Source: Nannocystis bainbridge (GTDB taxonomy: Bacteria > Myxococcota_A > Polyangia > Nannocystales > Nannocystaceae). Taken from it: DNA of 64,000 bases. The notes beneath the pieces are model-generated. The model made no database searches. It saw only the letters and a program-made list of their open reading frames with translations, and was not told where the DNA came from. Made by a program: the position numbers and the translations under genes. Below, in pieces: positions 8,243 to 20,264 of this stretch. Position 1 is the stretch's first letter, and each line of letters opens with the position of its first letter. The stretch covers positions 1,568,001 to 1,632,000 of the forward strand of contig NZ_JAQNDL010000002.1 of assembly GCF_028368995.1 (NCBI RefSeq), in the 5' to 3' direction.

Positions 8243-9379
8243 ATGCCGACGAAGCAGCCGGTGCCAAAGACCGCGAAGAAGACTGCCGCGAAGAAGGCCC
8301 CGAAGACTTCAGCCAAGAAACCTGCGACCACGAGCCCCGCGAAGACGGCAGCCAAAAAAACAGCGACCACGAGCCCCGCGAAGAAGGCCGCCAAGAAACC
8401 AGCAGCCAAGAGCCCCGCGGAGAAGCTCGCAGCGAACCAGTCCGCCGCGAAGAAGAACCCGGCGAAGAAGCGTCCCGAGGTCGACCCGCTGCGCGAGCTC
8501 GCGTGGGACTGTTACTGTGCCTTCGACGCCGAGGATCCCACCCCGGCCATGCAGATCGAGTTCGTCGAAGGTTACTTGAGCAGCGCGAGCAGTCGCGGGC
8601 TCACCGTCGACTTCGACGCTGCCCTGCCCTACTGCGCCGAGATCCTCGAGCTCGAGATCGACGACCTGCGGGCCACCTGGGAGGCTCACGGGCGCAAGTT
8701 CGCTGCGGTCCGCGGCGCCTCCGGTGGGGCCGGCGAGCTCGACGCGCTCGTCGAGCTGTGCCAGACCGAGGGTCGCTTCGGCGCCGCCTTCGAGGACCAC
8801 GCTGCCAGGGCTCTGGCCGCCGCCTGGCCGCGTCTCGGGCCCGCGTTCGCTCGGCGCCTGCTCGCCGGGCGCCAGGACCTGCGGCTGCGCAACGCCGGGC
8901 CGTTCGCCACCCTCGTCGGCTTCGAGGCGGCCACGCGCCTGCGCAGCCTCCAGCTCGACGTCACCCCCGACTGCGACCTCGCCCCGCTCGCCGCGCTCAC
9001 CCGGCTCACGAGCTTGAACCTGAAGGGCAAGCGCCACGGATTCGGTCCCCTCGCCCGGCTGCCCCGGTTGACGCAGCTCGAGATCGAGGCCGACGCGACC
9101 GGCATCGCCGAGCTGGCCGACCTCCCGACCTTGCGGGTGCTCTCCCTGGTCGTCGCCGAGGACGTGTCGATCGCCAGCCTCCTCGATCTCGCGCACCTCG
9201 TCATGCTGAAGCTGCTCGCCGGCTCGCGGTCGCTCGACGAAGTCACCGCCGACACCATCGCCAGGCTCGCCCGCAAGAAATCGCGCTGGATCCGGCTGGC
9301 CGAGCACGAAGGATGGCCCTTGCAGCTCGCGGTGCCCTTCGAAAGGACCCCGGCCTTCGTCGAGATCAACCGGCGGTGA
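8243..9379 (+). CDS. Protein with Lys/Ala-rich (histone H1-like) N-terminus and leucine-rich repeats
   Basis: KKTAAKKAPK-type repeats, then LxxLxxLxxLxL units (LAPLAALTRLTSLNL, LARLPRLTQLEI, LADLPTLRVLSL). Confidence 0.75.
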   Translation: MPTKQPVPKTAKKTAAKKAPKTSAKKPATTSPAKTAAKKTATTSPAKKAAKKPAAKSPAEKLAANQSAAKKNPAKKRPEVDPLRELAWDCYCAFDAEDPTPAMQIEFVEGYLSSASSRGLTVDFDAALPYCAEILELEIDDLRATWEAHGRKFAAVRGASGGAGELDALVELCQTEGRFGAAFEDHAARALAAAWPRLGPAFARRLLAGRQDLRLRNAGPFATLVGFEAATRLRSLQLDVTPDCDLAPLAALTRLTSLNLKGKRHGFGPLARLPRLTQLEIEADATGIAELADLPTLRVLSLVVAEDVSIASLLDLAHLVMLKLLAGSRSLDEVTADTIARLARKKSRWIRLAEHEGWPLQLAVPFERTPAFVEINRR

Positions 9380-9537
9380 CTCGCGGAGCCCTCCTCCCGA
9401 TGCGCGTGGGGCCAGGTCCGACCTCTGTCTTTTGAGCCAGGTCCGCCCCTGCCCGCCGCGCCAGCGCACGCGTGCGCGGCTTCCGCAGGGGCAGACCCAC
9501 GTCGGATCGGTCGCTCGCCCTGCTAAAGATCGAAGCG

Positions 9538-10707
<1,170 letters not shown>

Positions 10708-10961
10708 ATGCGCCTGGGGTCCAGCGGCCTCACTCGTCGCCGCGGCCGAGATCGCTTCCCGAAAAAAGCGAAATCCGGGGTGAAGCGGCTGGTTCCTGGC
10801 GTCCTCGGCGCTCTGGGGCCAGGGCGTGAGACGGAGGGGATTGTCCGACATCTGGGTGCGCGACGCGGTTCACACCCCCGCGGCTTCAGGCTGGCCCCGC
10901 TCGCTGGGTCGGAGTGGGACGTACCTGTGACCGGAGTCATACTGTAGGGCTGCTCCGCCCG

Positions 10962-13900
10962 ATGTCTCTGCCCGCTCCGAGCCCGCGTGACTCGCTCAGC
11001 AGCGCCGACTTGCATCGGCTCGACCAGGCCGCGTGGTTGCTCGCCCGCAAGGAGCCCACGCCCGATCCCGACGTCCTGCTGAGCGTCGCCGCCGGGCACG
11101 TCCTGGCGCACCCCCGGGCCGGGCGCAGCGACCTCGTCATCACCCTCGTCGCGGCGATGATCGATCGCCCGCCGGCCAGCAGCGCCCGCGACGGAGCGCG
11201 GGAGGACTGCGCCGCGCGCCGCCTGGCCGACCTGCTCGCCGAGCTCGCCGGCTCTGCCGAACTCGGCTTCGTCCAGCGGGCCATTCGCCGCGGCGGCCTC
11301 GACTTCACCCTCGCCTTGCCGGCGGCGCGCCGGATCCGTCGCGCCCTCAAGCGGGCCCTCAGCGACGGCAAAGCCAGCGACGCCGAGGTCGACGCCCTGC
11401 GCGGCCTGGCCACCGCCGGCTGGGAGTCGCTGCTCGACGCCCTCGCCCGCTCGCTCGCCCTCGACGGCGACGACGAGGTCCTCACCGACGTCGCCCTCGA
11501 CGATCCGAGCGACGGCTCCGGCGCCCGGCTAGCCCGCGTGCGGGTCTTGCTCAGCCCGAGCCGGCCGATGCCGGATCTCGAGCTGCTCGCGCGCGCCGGC
11601 GAGGCCTCGACGCTGAGCCGGCGGGTGGGTCGCTTCATCCTCCTTCAGCGGATCGGCACCGGCGCCATGGGGGTCGTCTACGCCGCCTACGACGATCGCC
11701 TCGATCGCAAGGTCGCCATCAAGGTCCTGCGCCCGCAGGAGCCCAAGCACAGCGCCCGCGCCCAGCTCCGGCTGCTGCGTGAGGCCCAGGCCATGGCCCG
11801 GCTGGCGCACCCCAACGTCGTCGGCGTCCACGAGGTCGGCACCGAGGGCACCGATGTCTACGTCGCCATGGAGTTCATCCGCGGCGTCACCGTGCAGGCC
11901 TGGCTCGCCGACAAGTCGCGGACCTGGCAGGAGGTCGTCGACGTGTTCGTGCAGGCCGGGCGCGGCCTGGCCGCCGCGCACGCCGTCGGCCTCGTGCACC
12001 GCGACTTCAAGCCGAGCAACGTCATGATCGGCGAGGACGGTCGCGCCCGCGTCCTCGACTTCGGCCTGTGTCAGACCGGCGAGGACGCCAGCGGCGAGCA
12101 CACCCGCTCGACCGGCTCGCTGAGCCGCGATCGCAACGCCGTCTCCGAAAAGGTCACCCAGGGTGGCGAGGTCGTCGGCACGCCCGCGTACATGCCTCCC
12201 GAGCAGTTCAGCGGCCGCCTCGTCGGCCCTGCCTCCGATCAGTTCGCCTTCTGCGTCTCGCTGTACGAGGCGCTCTACGATCAATTGCCGTTCCCCGGCG
12301 ACACCGTGCACGAGCTGGCCCACGCGGTCGCGCGCGGCGACGTGCGCGACCCGCCGCGGCTGACGCGGGTGCCGGCGTGGGTCCACAGCGTCGTCCTGCG
12401 CGGGCTTCGACCTGACTCGAAGGACAGGTTCTCCGGCCTCGACGCCCTGCTGCGCGCGCTCGATCGCAAGCACGTCCTCGGCCGTCGCACCTACGTCGGC
12501 GCCCTCGCCGTCGCCGGCGTCGCGGCCCTCGCCGGCTTCTTCGCCGCCAAGACGCAGGAACCGCGGGTCGACCCGTGCAGCCACGGCACCGCCGAGATCC
12601 ACGGCGTGTGGGACGGCGAGCGCCGGCGGGCCGCCGAGCAGGCGTTCGTGGCCGCCGGCCCGGCCTTCATCCACGAGGTGTGGCCGCAGGTCAACGAGCG
12701 CCTCGACCTCTACATGAACGACTGGTCGAGCGCGCACGCCGACGCCTGCGAGGCGCGTCGGCGCGGCGAACAGTCGGACGAGCTCGTCGATCGCCGCATG
12801 GCCTGCCTGGCCCAGCGCAAGGCCGCCCTGGCCGAGGCCGGCGCGCTGCTGGCCGAGCGCGACCAGACCGTCGCCGTGCACGCGCTCGAGCTCACCTACA
12901 AGCTCCCCGCCATCGATCGCTGCAACGACCTCGTCGCCCTCCAGGCCGACGTCGCCCCGCCCGACGACCCCGACGTGCGGCGCCGCGTCGCCGACGTCGA
13001 GGAGGGCCTCACCCGCGTCGTCAGCCTCGAGCACATCGGCCGCACCTCGCAGGCCCTCGAGCTCGCCGACCACCTGCTCGCCGACGCCGAGGCCATCGGC
13101 TACAGGCCGCTGCTGGCGCGCGCCTTGCTCAACCGCGGCCGCCTCTCGCTCAACCGCACCGCCATGGTCGAGCCGCAGTTCGAGATGCTGCAGGCCGCGC
13201 TGCACACCGCGCTCGCCGCCGGCGTCGACGACGTCGCCGGCGAGGCCATGGCCCACATGTTGTTCGTGCGCGGCCGCCTGCCCGGCGGGGCCGCGCGCGC
13301 GCTCGAGGACCTCGGCCACTACGCCGCCTTCATCTCGCGCCTGCCCAAGCCCGGCCACCTGCAGGGCCTCCTGCTCAACAACGCCGCGGTCGTCACGGTG
13401 GCCAGCGGCGACGTCGAGCGCGCGCGCAAGCTCTACGCCGAGGCGCTGGCGGTCAAGCGGGCCAGCAACGACGCCCCGCTCGAGATCGCCTACAGCCTGA
13501 CCAACCTCGCGATCCTCGAGGACGACGGCGACGCGCGCGCCCACGACTTGGCCGAGGCCGTGCGGATCTTCGAGCGCGAGCTGGGGCCGGCGCACCCGCA
13601 GACGATCGAGGCGCGGCTGACCGCCAGCGCATACATCCGCAACCCCGAGTCCGCGCGACGGATCTTGCGGCCCGGCTGCGACGCGCTGGTCCGCTTCTCG
13701 CCGGGCGATCCGGCCTCGCGCGCCCGCTGCCTGGCGATGCTCGGTTATCTCGCCGGCGAGGCCGGCGACGCCGACGAGTCGCGGCAAGTGTTGCGGCAGG
13801 CGGCCGCGCTCCTGGACGGTGAACCGTTCGACGGCGACCTGATCCGCGGCGTCGACGTCGCGCTGATCCGGGGCTTCGCCGCGCTCGAGGGCGGCGATCA

Positions 13901-14324
13901 CGACCAGGCTGCCCTCGAGCTGCGGCGGTTCCTCGCCACCCGCCAGGGCGACTCCTGGTGGCGCCAGCGCGAGGCCGCCGAGCTCGAGCTGGTGCTCGGC
14001 CTGCACCTGCGTGCGCTCGGCGATCGCGACGGCGCCGCCGCGGCGCTGCGGGCCGCCGTCGACGGTCTGGTCGCCGCCCGGGCCACCGCCCGCGACATCC
14101 TCGTCGAGCAGCGCCTCGCTCGCGCCCGCGTCGTGCTCGCCGACGTCTTGCTCGCCGCCCCGCGACCTGCCGCCGACGACCTCGACCGCGCCGCCGTGTC
14201 GCTCACCGACGCGATGCGCTGGTACCTCGAGAGCGGCGACGAATACGCGTGGCGACTGGCCGAGATCCGCGCCCTCGACGTCATGCTCGGCCAGCGTCGC
14301 AGCGACCGCCGCGCAGCGCCGTAG
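10962..14324 (+). CDS. Hanks-type Ser/Thr protein kinase with TM segment and TPR-like C-terminal region
   Basis: IGTGAMGVVY, VAIK, HRDFKPSN, DFGL and GTPAYMPPEQ, followed by a TM helix and helical repeats (LGPAHPQT). Confidence 0.93.
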   Translation: MSLPAPSPRDSLSSADLHRLDQAAWLLARKEPTPDPDVLLSVAAGHVLAHPRAGRSDLVITLVAAMIDRPPASSARDGAREDCAARRLADLLAELAGSAELGFVQRAIRRGGLDFTLALPAARRIRRALKRALSDGKASDAEVDALRGLATAGWESLLDALARSLALDGDDEVLTDVALDDPSDGSGARLARVRVLLSPSRPMPDLELLARAGEASTLSRRVGRFILLQRIGTGAMGVVYAAYDDRLDRKVAIKVLRPQEPKHSARAQLRLLREAQAMARLAHPNVVGVHEVGTEGTDVYVAMEFIRGVTVQAWLADKSRTWQEVVDVFVQAGRGLAAAHAVGLVHRDFKPSNVMIGEDGRARVLDFGLCQTGEDASGEHTRSTGSLSRDRNAVSEKVTQGGEVVGTPAYMPPEQFSGRLVGPASDQFAFCVSLYEALYDQLPFPGDTVHELAHAVARGDVRDPPRLTRVPAWVHSVVLRGLRPDSKDRFSGLDALLRALDRKHVLGRRTYVGALAVAGVAALAGFFAAKTQEPRVDPCSHGTAEIHGVWDGERRRAAEQAFVAAGPAFIHEVWPQVNERLDLYMNDWSSAHADACEARRRGEQSDELVDRRMACLAQRKAALAEAGALLAERDQTVAVHALELTYKLPAIDRCNDLVALQADVAPPDDPDVRRRVADVEEGLTRVVSLEHIGRTSQALELADHLLADAEAIGYRPLLARALLNRGRLSLNRTAMVEPQFEMLQAALHTALAAGVDDVAGEAMAHMLFVRGRLPGGAARALEDLGHYAAFISRLPKPGHLQGLLLNNAAVVTVASGDVERARKLYAEALAVKRASNDAPLEIAYSLTNLAILEDDGDARAHDLAEAVRIFERELGPAHPQTIEARLTASAYIRNPESARRILRPGCDALVRFSPGDPASRARCLAMLGYLAGEAGDADESRQVLRQAAALLDGEPFDGDLIRGVDVALIRGFAALEGGDHDQAALELRRFLATRQGDSWWRQREAAELELVLGLHLRALGDRDGAAAALRAAVDGLVAARATARDILVEQRLARARVVLADVLLAAPRPAADDLDRAAVSLTDAMRWYLESGDEYAWRLAEIRALDVMLGQRRSDRRAAP

Positions 14325-14427
14325 AAACATCGGCCGACGCGGCGCGTGTGGGCACGGATCACATCCGGCCTCTGCTCGAGCTTGAAAGCAGCCCGACACT
14401 GCATAGAGAGGGAGTGGAGGGATTGTC

Positions 14428-15411
14428 GTGAAATCAAGAAACTGTCATGGATTCGCCGTTGCTGCGGCTTTTTGCGGGCCGGTCACTGCCTGTGATATTG
14501 ATAATACCCTGATAGGCGAAGAGCCTGGTGTCACCAATCCACGAATCGGCGAAAAAGGCTCCAGTTGCCCGATCTGGCAGTGCGGATTCAACGCTGCGGA
14601 GGTCTTCGGCGGCTCGATCCACGAGCTCCACCTCGGCGGTCAGGCCAACGGCCACGGGCTGCAGCTGCTGAAGGTCGTGCCCGGTCCCAAGGCCGCGGCG
14701 GCCGGCTACGACCGCCTGGATGTCGTCGGCGACGCCCTCGTCCTCCGCGACGACCGCGGCGCCGCGCTCGCCGGCGCCGCCCTGATCGGCACCCGCCTCC
14801 ACCTCGGGATGGCCGGTCAGCCGCTGACGACCGTCCTCATCGCCTCCCACGATCGCGTCGCCCGCTGGGCCGACGGCGCGCCGGACGTCGACGCCTACGG
14901 CCTCGTCTATATCGACGGTCATCACATCGAGCGGAATGTTTGCACCGGGTCCTATGATTCTCCCCGGGCCCCCATCGCCCTGGTCCTCGGCGGCGAGACC
15001 TACGACATGGACGCCAAGGAGGTCCGCCCCGACCCCGAGCGGCAGTGGTTCAGCATCGCTTGCGCCGGCTCGGCCGCGGCCAAGCTGTCGCTGCTCGGCT
15101 ACGGCCCGCAGAGCAGCAAGACCAGCCCCGCCCAGCGTCAAGCCACCCTCAAGATGATCACCGCCGACTACTGCGGAGACGGTCACAGCTACACTGTCGA
15201 CGGCACGCCGATCCAGTGGGAGAACGTCCAGGGGACGGTCGGCCTCACCGCCGAGCCGGCCGCCATCGAGGCGGTGTGGACCGCCGCCGGGGCGCTGTGC
15301 GTCGACGAGCCGCGGATCGCCGGCACCGTGATCGACTGTTCCTTGCCGCGCTGCGGCGATTTCGACCTCGCCGACGGCGAGTGGATCAGCTACGTCCCGC
15401 TCGTGCAGTGA
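14428..15411 (+). CDS. ADYC domain-containing secreted protein/lipoprotein
   Basis: Signature MITADYCGDGHSYTVDGTPI and EAVWTAAGALC, typical of the myxobacterial ADYC family. Confidence 0.85.
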   Translation: MKSRNCHGFAVAAAFCGPVTACDIDNTLIGEEPGVTNPRIGEKGSSCPIWQCGFNAAEVFGGSIHELHLGGQANGHGLQLLKVVPGPKAAAAGYDRLDVVGDALVLRDDRGAALAGAALIGTRLHLGMAGQPLTTVLIASHDRVARWADGAPDVDAYGLVYIDGHHIERNVCTGSYDSPRAPIALVLGGETYDMDAKEVRPDPERQWFSIACAGSAAAKLSLLGYGPQSSKTSPAQRQATLKMITADYCGDGHSYTVDGTPIQWENVQGTVGLTAEPAAIEAVWTAAGALCVDEPRIAGTVIDCSLPRCGDFDLADGEWISYVPLVQ

Positions 15412-15450
15412 CTTGCAACGCGGCCGGGGATTTGCGACACGCAGTGGAGC

Positions 15451-16917
15451 GTGGACCCTCTCTTCCCCTGCCTCGCGGCTCCCGACGGTCGCATCGTCCT
15501 CACCGTCGGCGACGACTCGTTCTCCGATCGCCAGCTGCTCGCCGCCGCCCGCCGCCACGCTCAGGCCCTCGCGCGCGCCGGAATCGCCCCGGGCGACCGC
15601 GTCGGCGTGTGGACCCTGCCGTACCTCGGCACCGTCGTCGCCCTGGTCGGCGGCGCCCTCGCCGGCGTCGTCACCGTCCCGCTCAACCCCAGGCTCGGCG
15701 AGCGCGAGTGCTCCCACATCGCCGCCGACGCGGCCCCGCGCTGCTGCTTCGCCGCCCGCCCCGCCGAGTGCCCCGAGAGTCCGCTCGGCCCCGCGATCGC
15801 CGTCTCCGAGGACATGTCGGATGCAGCATGTCCCGAGGGACATCAAGACTTTCACCGCGCCGACGAGCGCCCGCTCCTCCTCATTTACACCTCGGGCACC
15901 ACCGGCGCGCCGAAGGGGGCCGTGCTCACCGCCGCGGGCGTGGCCGCCAACATCGACGGCCTCGCCCGGGCCTGGCAGTGGACCGCGCGCGACACCGTCG
16001 TCCACGCCTTACCGCTGTTCCACGTCCACGGCCTCGTGCTCGGCCTGTTCGGCAGCCTGCGGATCGGCGGCCGCCTGCACTGGCAGCCGCGCTTCGAGCC
16101 CGTCGCCCTCGCGGCGGCCGTGCGTGGCGGCGGCGTGCTGTTCGCCGTGCCGACCATGTACGTCCGCCTCGCCGAGCTCGCCGAGCGCGACGCCTCGATC
16201 GCGGCCGACCTCGGCGCCGCGCGGCTCCTGATCTCCGGCTCCGCCGCCCTGTCCGCGCGTGAGCATCGACGTCTCGCCGCGATCACCGGTCGCGGCGTCT
16301 ACGAGCGCTACGGCCTCACCGAGACGCTGATCGTGTGCGCCGTCCCCACCTCGGGCCCGCCGCGCCCGGGCCTCGTCGGTCCGCCGCTGCCCGGCGTCGA
16401 GGTCCGCCTCGTCGACGACGCCCGGCGCCCGCTCGACGTCGCCGACGACGCCACCATCGGCGAGATCGCCGTCCGCGGCCCCAGCGTGTTCGCCGGCTAC
16501 CTCGGCCGGCCCGAGGCCACCGCCGCCGTGCGCGACGCCGACGGGTGGTTTTACACCGGCGACCTCGCCACCCGCACCGACGACGGCGCCTATCGCATCG
16601 TCGGTCGGCGCGCCACCGACCTGATCAAGAGCGGCGGCTTCAAGATCGGCGCCGGCGAGATCGAAGCCTGCCTGCTCGAGCACCCCGACGTCGCCGAGAC
16701 CGCCGTCGTCGGCCTGCCCGACGACGACCTCGGCGAACGGATCGTCGCCTTCGTCGTCGCCCGCGACCCAGCGCTCCCTCCGCCCGGTGAGCAGCTCGTC
16801 GATCACGTCGCGCGCGCGCTCGCCCCGCACAAGCGCCCGCGCGACGTCCGGTTCGTCGAAGCCCTGCCCCGCAACGCCATGGGCAAGGTGATCAAGGCCC
16901 GGCTCACCCGCCCCTGA
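15451..16917 (+). CDS. AMP-binding acyl-CoA synthetase (MatB/malonyl-CoA synthetase-like)
   Basis: YTSGTTGAPKG, LPLFHVHGL, ERYGLTET, TGD, GRRATDLIKSGG and LPRNAMGKV. Confidence 0.9.
   Translation: MDPLFPCLAAPDGRIVLTVGDDSFSDRQLLAAARRHAQALARAGIAPGDRVGVWTLPYLGTVVALVGGALAGVVTVPLNPRLGERECSHIAADAAPRCCFAARPAECPESPLGPAIAVSEDMSDAACPEGHQDFHRADERPLLLIYTSGTTGAPKGAVLTAAGVAANIDGLARAWQWTARDTVVHALPLFHVHGLVLGLFGSLRIGGRLHWQPRFEPVALAAAVRGGGVLFAVPTMYVRLAELAERDASIAADLGAARLLISGSAALSAREHRRLAAITGRGVYERYGLTETLIVCAVPTSGPPRPGLVGPPLPGVEVRLVDDARRPLDVADDATIGEIAVRGPSVFAGYLGRPEATAAVRDADGWFYTGDLATRTDDGAYRIVGRRATDLIKSGGFKIGAGEIEACLLEHPDVAETAVVGLPDDDLGERIVAFVVARDPALPPPGEQLVDHVARALAPHKRPRDVRFVEALPRNAMGKVIKARLTRP
15810..15844. 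repeat. 14-bp palindromic-unit array inside the acyl-CoA synthetase CDS
   Basis: Junctions at 15813, 15827, 15841; perfect unit TGTCCCGAGGGACA; encodes EDMSDAACPEGH. Confidence 0.8.
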
Positions 16918-17377
16918 AGCACCCCACCTCGCGGGCCACCGCCTCGACCACCGGCCCGTGTCGGTCCGCGATGTGGCGGTGCATCATCGCGTTGTAGCCA
17001 CGCGCGTGGCCGACCACCCCCTCGTCGACCCCGCACGCGCCGACGTTGCGGTAGTCGATGTCGTACTCGCTGTGCAGCCGCGCGGCCAGGCGCGCGTGAC
17101 ACGATCGCGGGCGCTCGTACGACTCGAGCGCCAGCTCGCCTCGAGCGAGATCGAGCGCGGCGTCGAGCGCCCCCTCGTCCTCCGCGTCGGTGCTGCTGCG
17201 CGCCGCCAGGCGCGGCGCCTGTGAACAATCAGGCGGGCCGGACAATGTCCAGTCCGCCTGCGGCTCCGTCTCCACTGTCAATGTCTCGTGGCCGTGAGGG
17301 GCGCAATTGATCCCCATCGTCGCCACCACCATGCATCCTGCCACCTCGACGAACCTTCGCAGCGCGCTCGCTCGCAT
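16904..17377 (-). CDS. Hypothetical protein (possible lipoprotein)
   Basis: C-terminal part of the 16904..18055 ORF (GACGV...GYNAMM pattern). The upstream part of that ORF is the antisense shadow of the next gene. Confidence 0.55.
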   Translation of the reverse strand: MRASALRRFVEVAGCMVVATMGINCAPHGHETLTVETEPQADWTLSGPPDCSQAPRLAARSSTDAEDEGALDAALDLARGELALESYERPRSCHARLAARLHSEYDIDYRNVGACGVDEGVVGHARGYNAMMHRHIADRHGPVVEAVAREVGCFRGG

Positions 17378-17480
17378 CGCACGTCCTCCAGGCGCCGAGA
17401 CAACCGCCGCTCGCCCCGGTTCCGGCCCGTCTGCAAGCGAGCGTGTCGGCCGGCCGAGCCCGCCTGCTATCGTGCAAGGC

Positions 17481-18749
17481 ATGCTTGGCCTGACTTGGTT
17501 GCGGGGCAGCGCGTGGATCGTCGTCGTCGCGGGCGCCGGCGGCTGCCAGATCTTGAACCCTGCCTTCGGCTTGCTCACCGACGGCGACAGCGACGGCGAC
17601 AGCGCGGCCTCGACAGGACCTGTCCTTACGACCAGCAGCGAGCCGACCACCAGCGACACCTCCGCCAGCGCCACCGATCCCGGCACCACCGTCAGCAGCG
17701 AGCCGCCCCTCACCACCAGCGTCGACACCGAAGACCTCACCGACACCGGCGTCGCCAGCGAGACGACCCTCGCCACCGATCCTGTCCCGCCCAGCTGCGG
17801 CGACGGCGTCCTCGATCCCGGCGAGGAGTGCGACGACGGCGACGGCGTCGACGGCGACGAGTGCACCAACAAGTGCACCCTCGCCGAGTGTGGCGACGGC
17901 ATCGTCCACGACGGCCAGGAGGAGTGCGACGCCGGCGGCGTCGATGCCGATCCGCTGTGCAACCCCGCGTGCCAGCTCGCCGAGTGCGGCGACGGCTTCA
18001 TCCAGCCGCCCGAGCAATGCGACGACACCAACGCCGACGAGTTCGACGGCTGCACCGGCGACTGTCAGCTCAGCTGCGGCGACGGCGTGTTCGATCCGGG
18101 GCGTGAGGAGTGCGATGCGAGCGACCCCGGCTTCGCCGAGCTCCTCGGCCTGTGCGACGAGCAGTGCGCCCTCAAGGCCTGCTTTCGCCTCACCAACACC
18201 GACGACAAGGATTTCCTCGACTCCGGTTGGTTCGACGCCTGCGCCACCGCTCCGGGCGAGCGGATCGCCGTCCTGTTGCGCGATCCCACCGGCGTCCAGT
18301 ACCTGCGGTTCGGCCACAAGCCGCCCTCGATCACCCCGTGGACCCCCTCGAAGATGACCTCCACCAAAGCGCCGCCCGAGCAGTGGAAGTTCGGCCAGCA
18401 CGATCGGCCCGTGGTCCTCATCGACCTCCTTTTCGACAAGCCCGGCCCGACCCCCGACGTGCTCTACGCCTTTGGCGACGACAGCCTGCCCAAGGTCAGC
18501 GACGCTGCGACTTGCCCCTCGAGCCTCGGCGACGGCTACGCGGTGGCGATCCTGCCCCAGGGCGGCACCACCCAGGCGCGCGTGCTGCTGATGCCCTTCG
18601 TCGGCACCAGCAAGGAGCGCAACCTCGGCGGCTGGCTCGCCACCGGCCCCGGCGTCGAGCTCTCGTACGACGACAGCCCCATGCCGCTGTGCAAGGTCGA
18701 GGACCCCCCGACCCCGTTCCTCGGCACCGTCGCCGTCGCCGTGTTCTGA
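17481..18749 (+). CDS. Lipoprotein with Myxococcales Cys-rich repeats (DUF4215-like)
   Basis: Signal ending GGC, Thr/Ser-rich linker, four CGDG...EECD repeats. Confidence 0.85.
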   Translation: MLGLTWLRGSAWIVVVAGAGGCQILNPAFGLLTDGDSDGDSAASTGPVLTTSSEPTTSDTSASATDPGTTVSSEPPLTTSVDTEDLTDTGVASETTLATDPVPPSCGDGVLDPGEECDDGDGVDGDECTNKCTLAECGDGIVHDGQEECDAGGVDADPLCNPACQLAECGDGFIQPPEQCDDTNADEFDGCTGDCQLSCGDGVFDPGREECDASDPGFAELLGLCDEQCALKACFRLTNTDDKDFLDSGWFDACATAPGERIAVLLRDPTGVQYLRFGHKPPSITPWTPSKMTSTKAPPEQWKFGQHDRPVVLIDLLFDKPGPTPDVLYAFGDDSLPKVSDAATCPSSLGDGYAVAILPQGGTTQARVLLMPFVGTSKERNLGGWLATGPGVELSYDDSPMPLCKVEDPPTPFLGTVAVAVF

Positions 18750-18750
18750 T

Positions 18751-18816
18751 CGACATGCCCGCGAGGACATGTCCTCGCGGTCATGCCCCTGAGAACATGC
18801 CCGCCGGGACATGCCC
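18751..18816. repeat. 14-bp palindromic-unit array between convergent genes
   Basis: CATG at 18754, 18768, 18782, 18796, 18810. Confidence 0.9.
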
Positions 18817-18827
18817 GTTCGGCCGCC

Positions 18828-20264
18828 TCAGCCCGGGCGGGTGCCGAAGCGCAGCCGGATCGCCTGGGCCCGGTACTCGAAGATGTCGCGCAGGCGCGGG
18901 CGCACGAACAGCGCGTCGGCGATCCGGCCGATCGGTCCCAGCGGCGGCCGGTAGTAGACCGTATCGTCCATCTGCGTCGCCCCCTCCCCGCGCGGCGTGA
19001 AGCGGTGCTCGTGCCACCACGCGGCGAACGGCCCGCGCGTCTGCACGTCGACGAACCGGCGCTCCGGCTCCCACAGCTCGAACTCGGTGGTCCAGCGCCG
19101 GCGCACCGGCCCGACCTGCAGCTCGTAGTCGATGTGACGCCCCGCCTCGACGATCAGCGGTCGCGGCGACTTGATCGTCATCACCGCCGCGCGCGGCGTC
19201 ATGATCCCGAGGTTCTCCGCCCGCGAGAAGAACCCGAACACCGCCGACAGCGGCGCCGCCAGCACCGTCGATTGCTGAAGCACCGTCGTCGGCGCGCGGC
19301 GGGCCAGGTACGGGCTCGTCGGCGCCATCTCGGCCCGCGCGAAGTCGGGCCGGTCACGGCCGCCGAACAGGTCGCTCAGGGCTGACGGCAGCGTCGGGAA
19401 CTGGAACGTGAACCCGAGCGCCAGCGTGCGCGCGGGGATGGCCCGCTGGCTGGCGACCAGCGCGTTCGCGGCCTCGCCCTTGGCGATCCGCAGCGCCAGG
19501 TAGGGCACCGGCAGGCGGGCCTTGCGACCCAGCGACTCGGCCAGCGCCTGCGAGAAGGCCAGATTGGTCACCGGCTGGGGCGCCACCGCCAGCACCGGCC
19601 CGGTGTAGCGGGCGTCGGTCGCCGCGGTCGTCAGCAGCTCGACGAGATCGTGGAGGTGGATCCATGGGAACCACTGCTCGCCCGAGCCCAGCGGCCCGCC
19701 GAGCCCCACGCGGAAGATCGGCAGCAATTGCTCGAGCACCCCACCGCCGTGCCCGAGCACCAGCCCGAGCCGCGGCGTGCACACCCGCACCCCGTGCGCC
19801 TCGGCCTTGTGGGCCGCCGCCTCCCACGCCTGGCACATCGAGCCGAGGAAATCGTCGGCCGGGCGCGACGTCTCGTCGAGCTCCTCGTCGCCGCGATCCC
19901 CGTAGTAGCCGACCGCCGACGCCGACACGAGCACCTGCGGTCGCGGCTCCGACCTGGCGATCGCTCGCACCAGCATCTCGGTCAGCGCGACGCGGCTGTC
20001 CCAAAGTTCACGTTTGCGCGCCGCCGTCCACCGCCCGACCCCGACCGACTCGCCCGCCAGGTGGATCACCGCCTCGCAGCCCGTCAGCGCGCGGACCAGC
20101 GCCGCCTCGTCGCCTGCGGCCACCAGATCGACCTCGGCGCCCAGCAGATCGGCCGCGCGCCGCGGCGACCGCACCCAGGCCCGCACGTGGTGCCCGTCTC
20201 GCAGCAATCGGAGGACCAGCGCCCGTCCGACGAACCCCGTCGCGCCCGTGACCAGAATGTGCAT
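18828..20264 (-). CDS. TIGR01777/YfcH-family NAD-dependent epimerase fused to a C-terminal SRPBCC domain
   Basis: ILVTGATGFVG, SASAVGYYG, GGPLGSGEQWFPWIH; C-terminal FVDVQTRGPFAAWWHEHRF. Confidence 0.9.
   Translation of the reverse strand: MHILVTGATGFVGRALVLRLLRDGHHVRAWVRSPRRAADLLGAEVDLVAAGDEAALVRALTGCEAVIHLAGESVGVGRWTAARKRELWDSRVALTEMLVRAIARSEPRPQVLVSASAVGYYGDRGDEELDETSRPADDFLGSMCQAWEAAAHKAEAHGVRVCTPRLGLVLGHGGGVLEQLLPIFRVGLGGPLGSGEQWFPWIHLHDLVELLTTAATDARYTGPVLAVAPQPVTNLAFSQALAESLGRKARLPVPYLALRIAKGEAANALVASQRAIPARTLALGFTFQFPTLPSALSDLFGGRDRPDFARAEMAPTSPYLARRAPTTVLQQSTVLAAPLSAVFGFFSRAENLGIMTPRAAVMTIKSPRPLIVEAGRHIDYELQVGPVRRRWTTEFELWEPERRFVDVQTRGPFAAWWHEHRFTPRGEGATQMDDTVYYRPPLGPIGRIADALFVRPRLRDIFEYRAQAIRLRFGTRPG

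Noticed and set aside
18751-18816. GGACATGTCC matches the eukaryotic p53 half-site RRRCWWGYYY
   Set aside because: Most likely coincidence: it arises at junctions of TGTCC-N4-GGACA units, and single units lack it.
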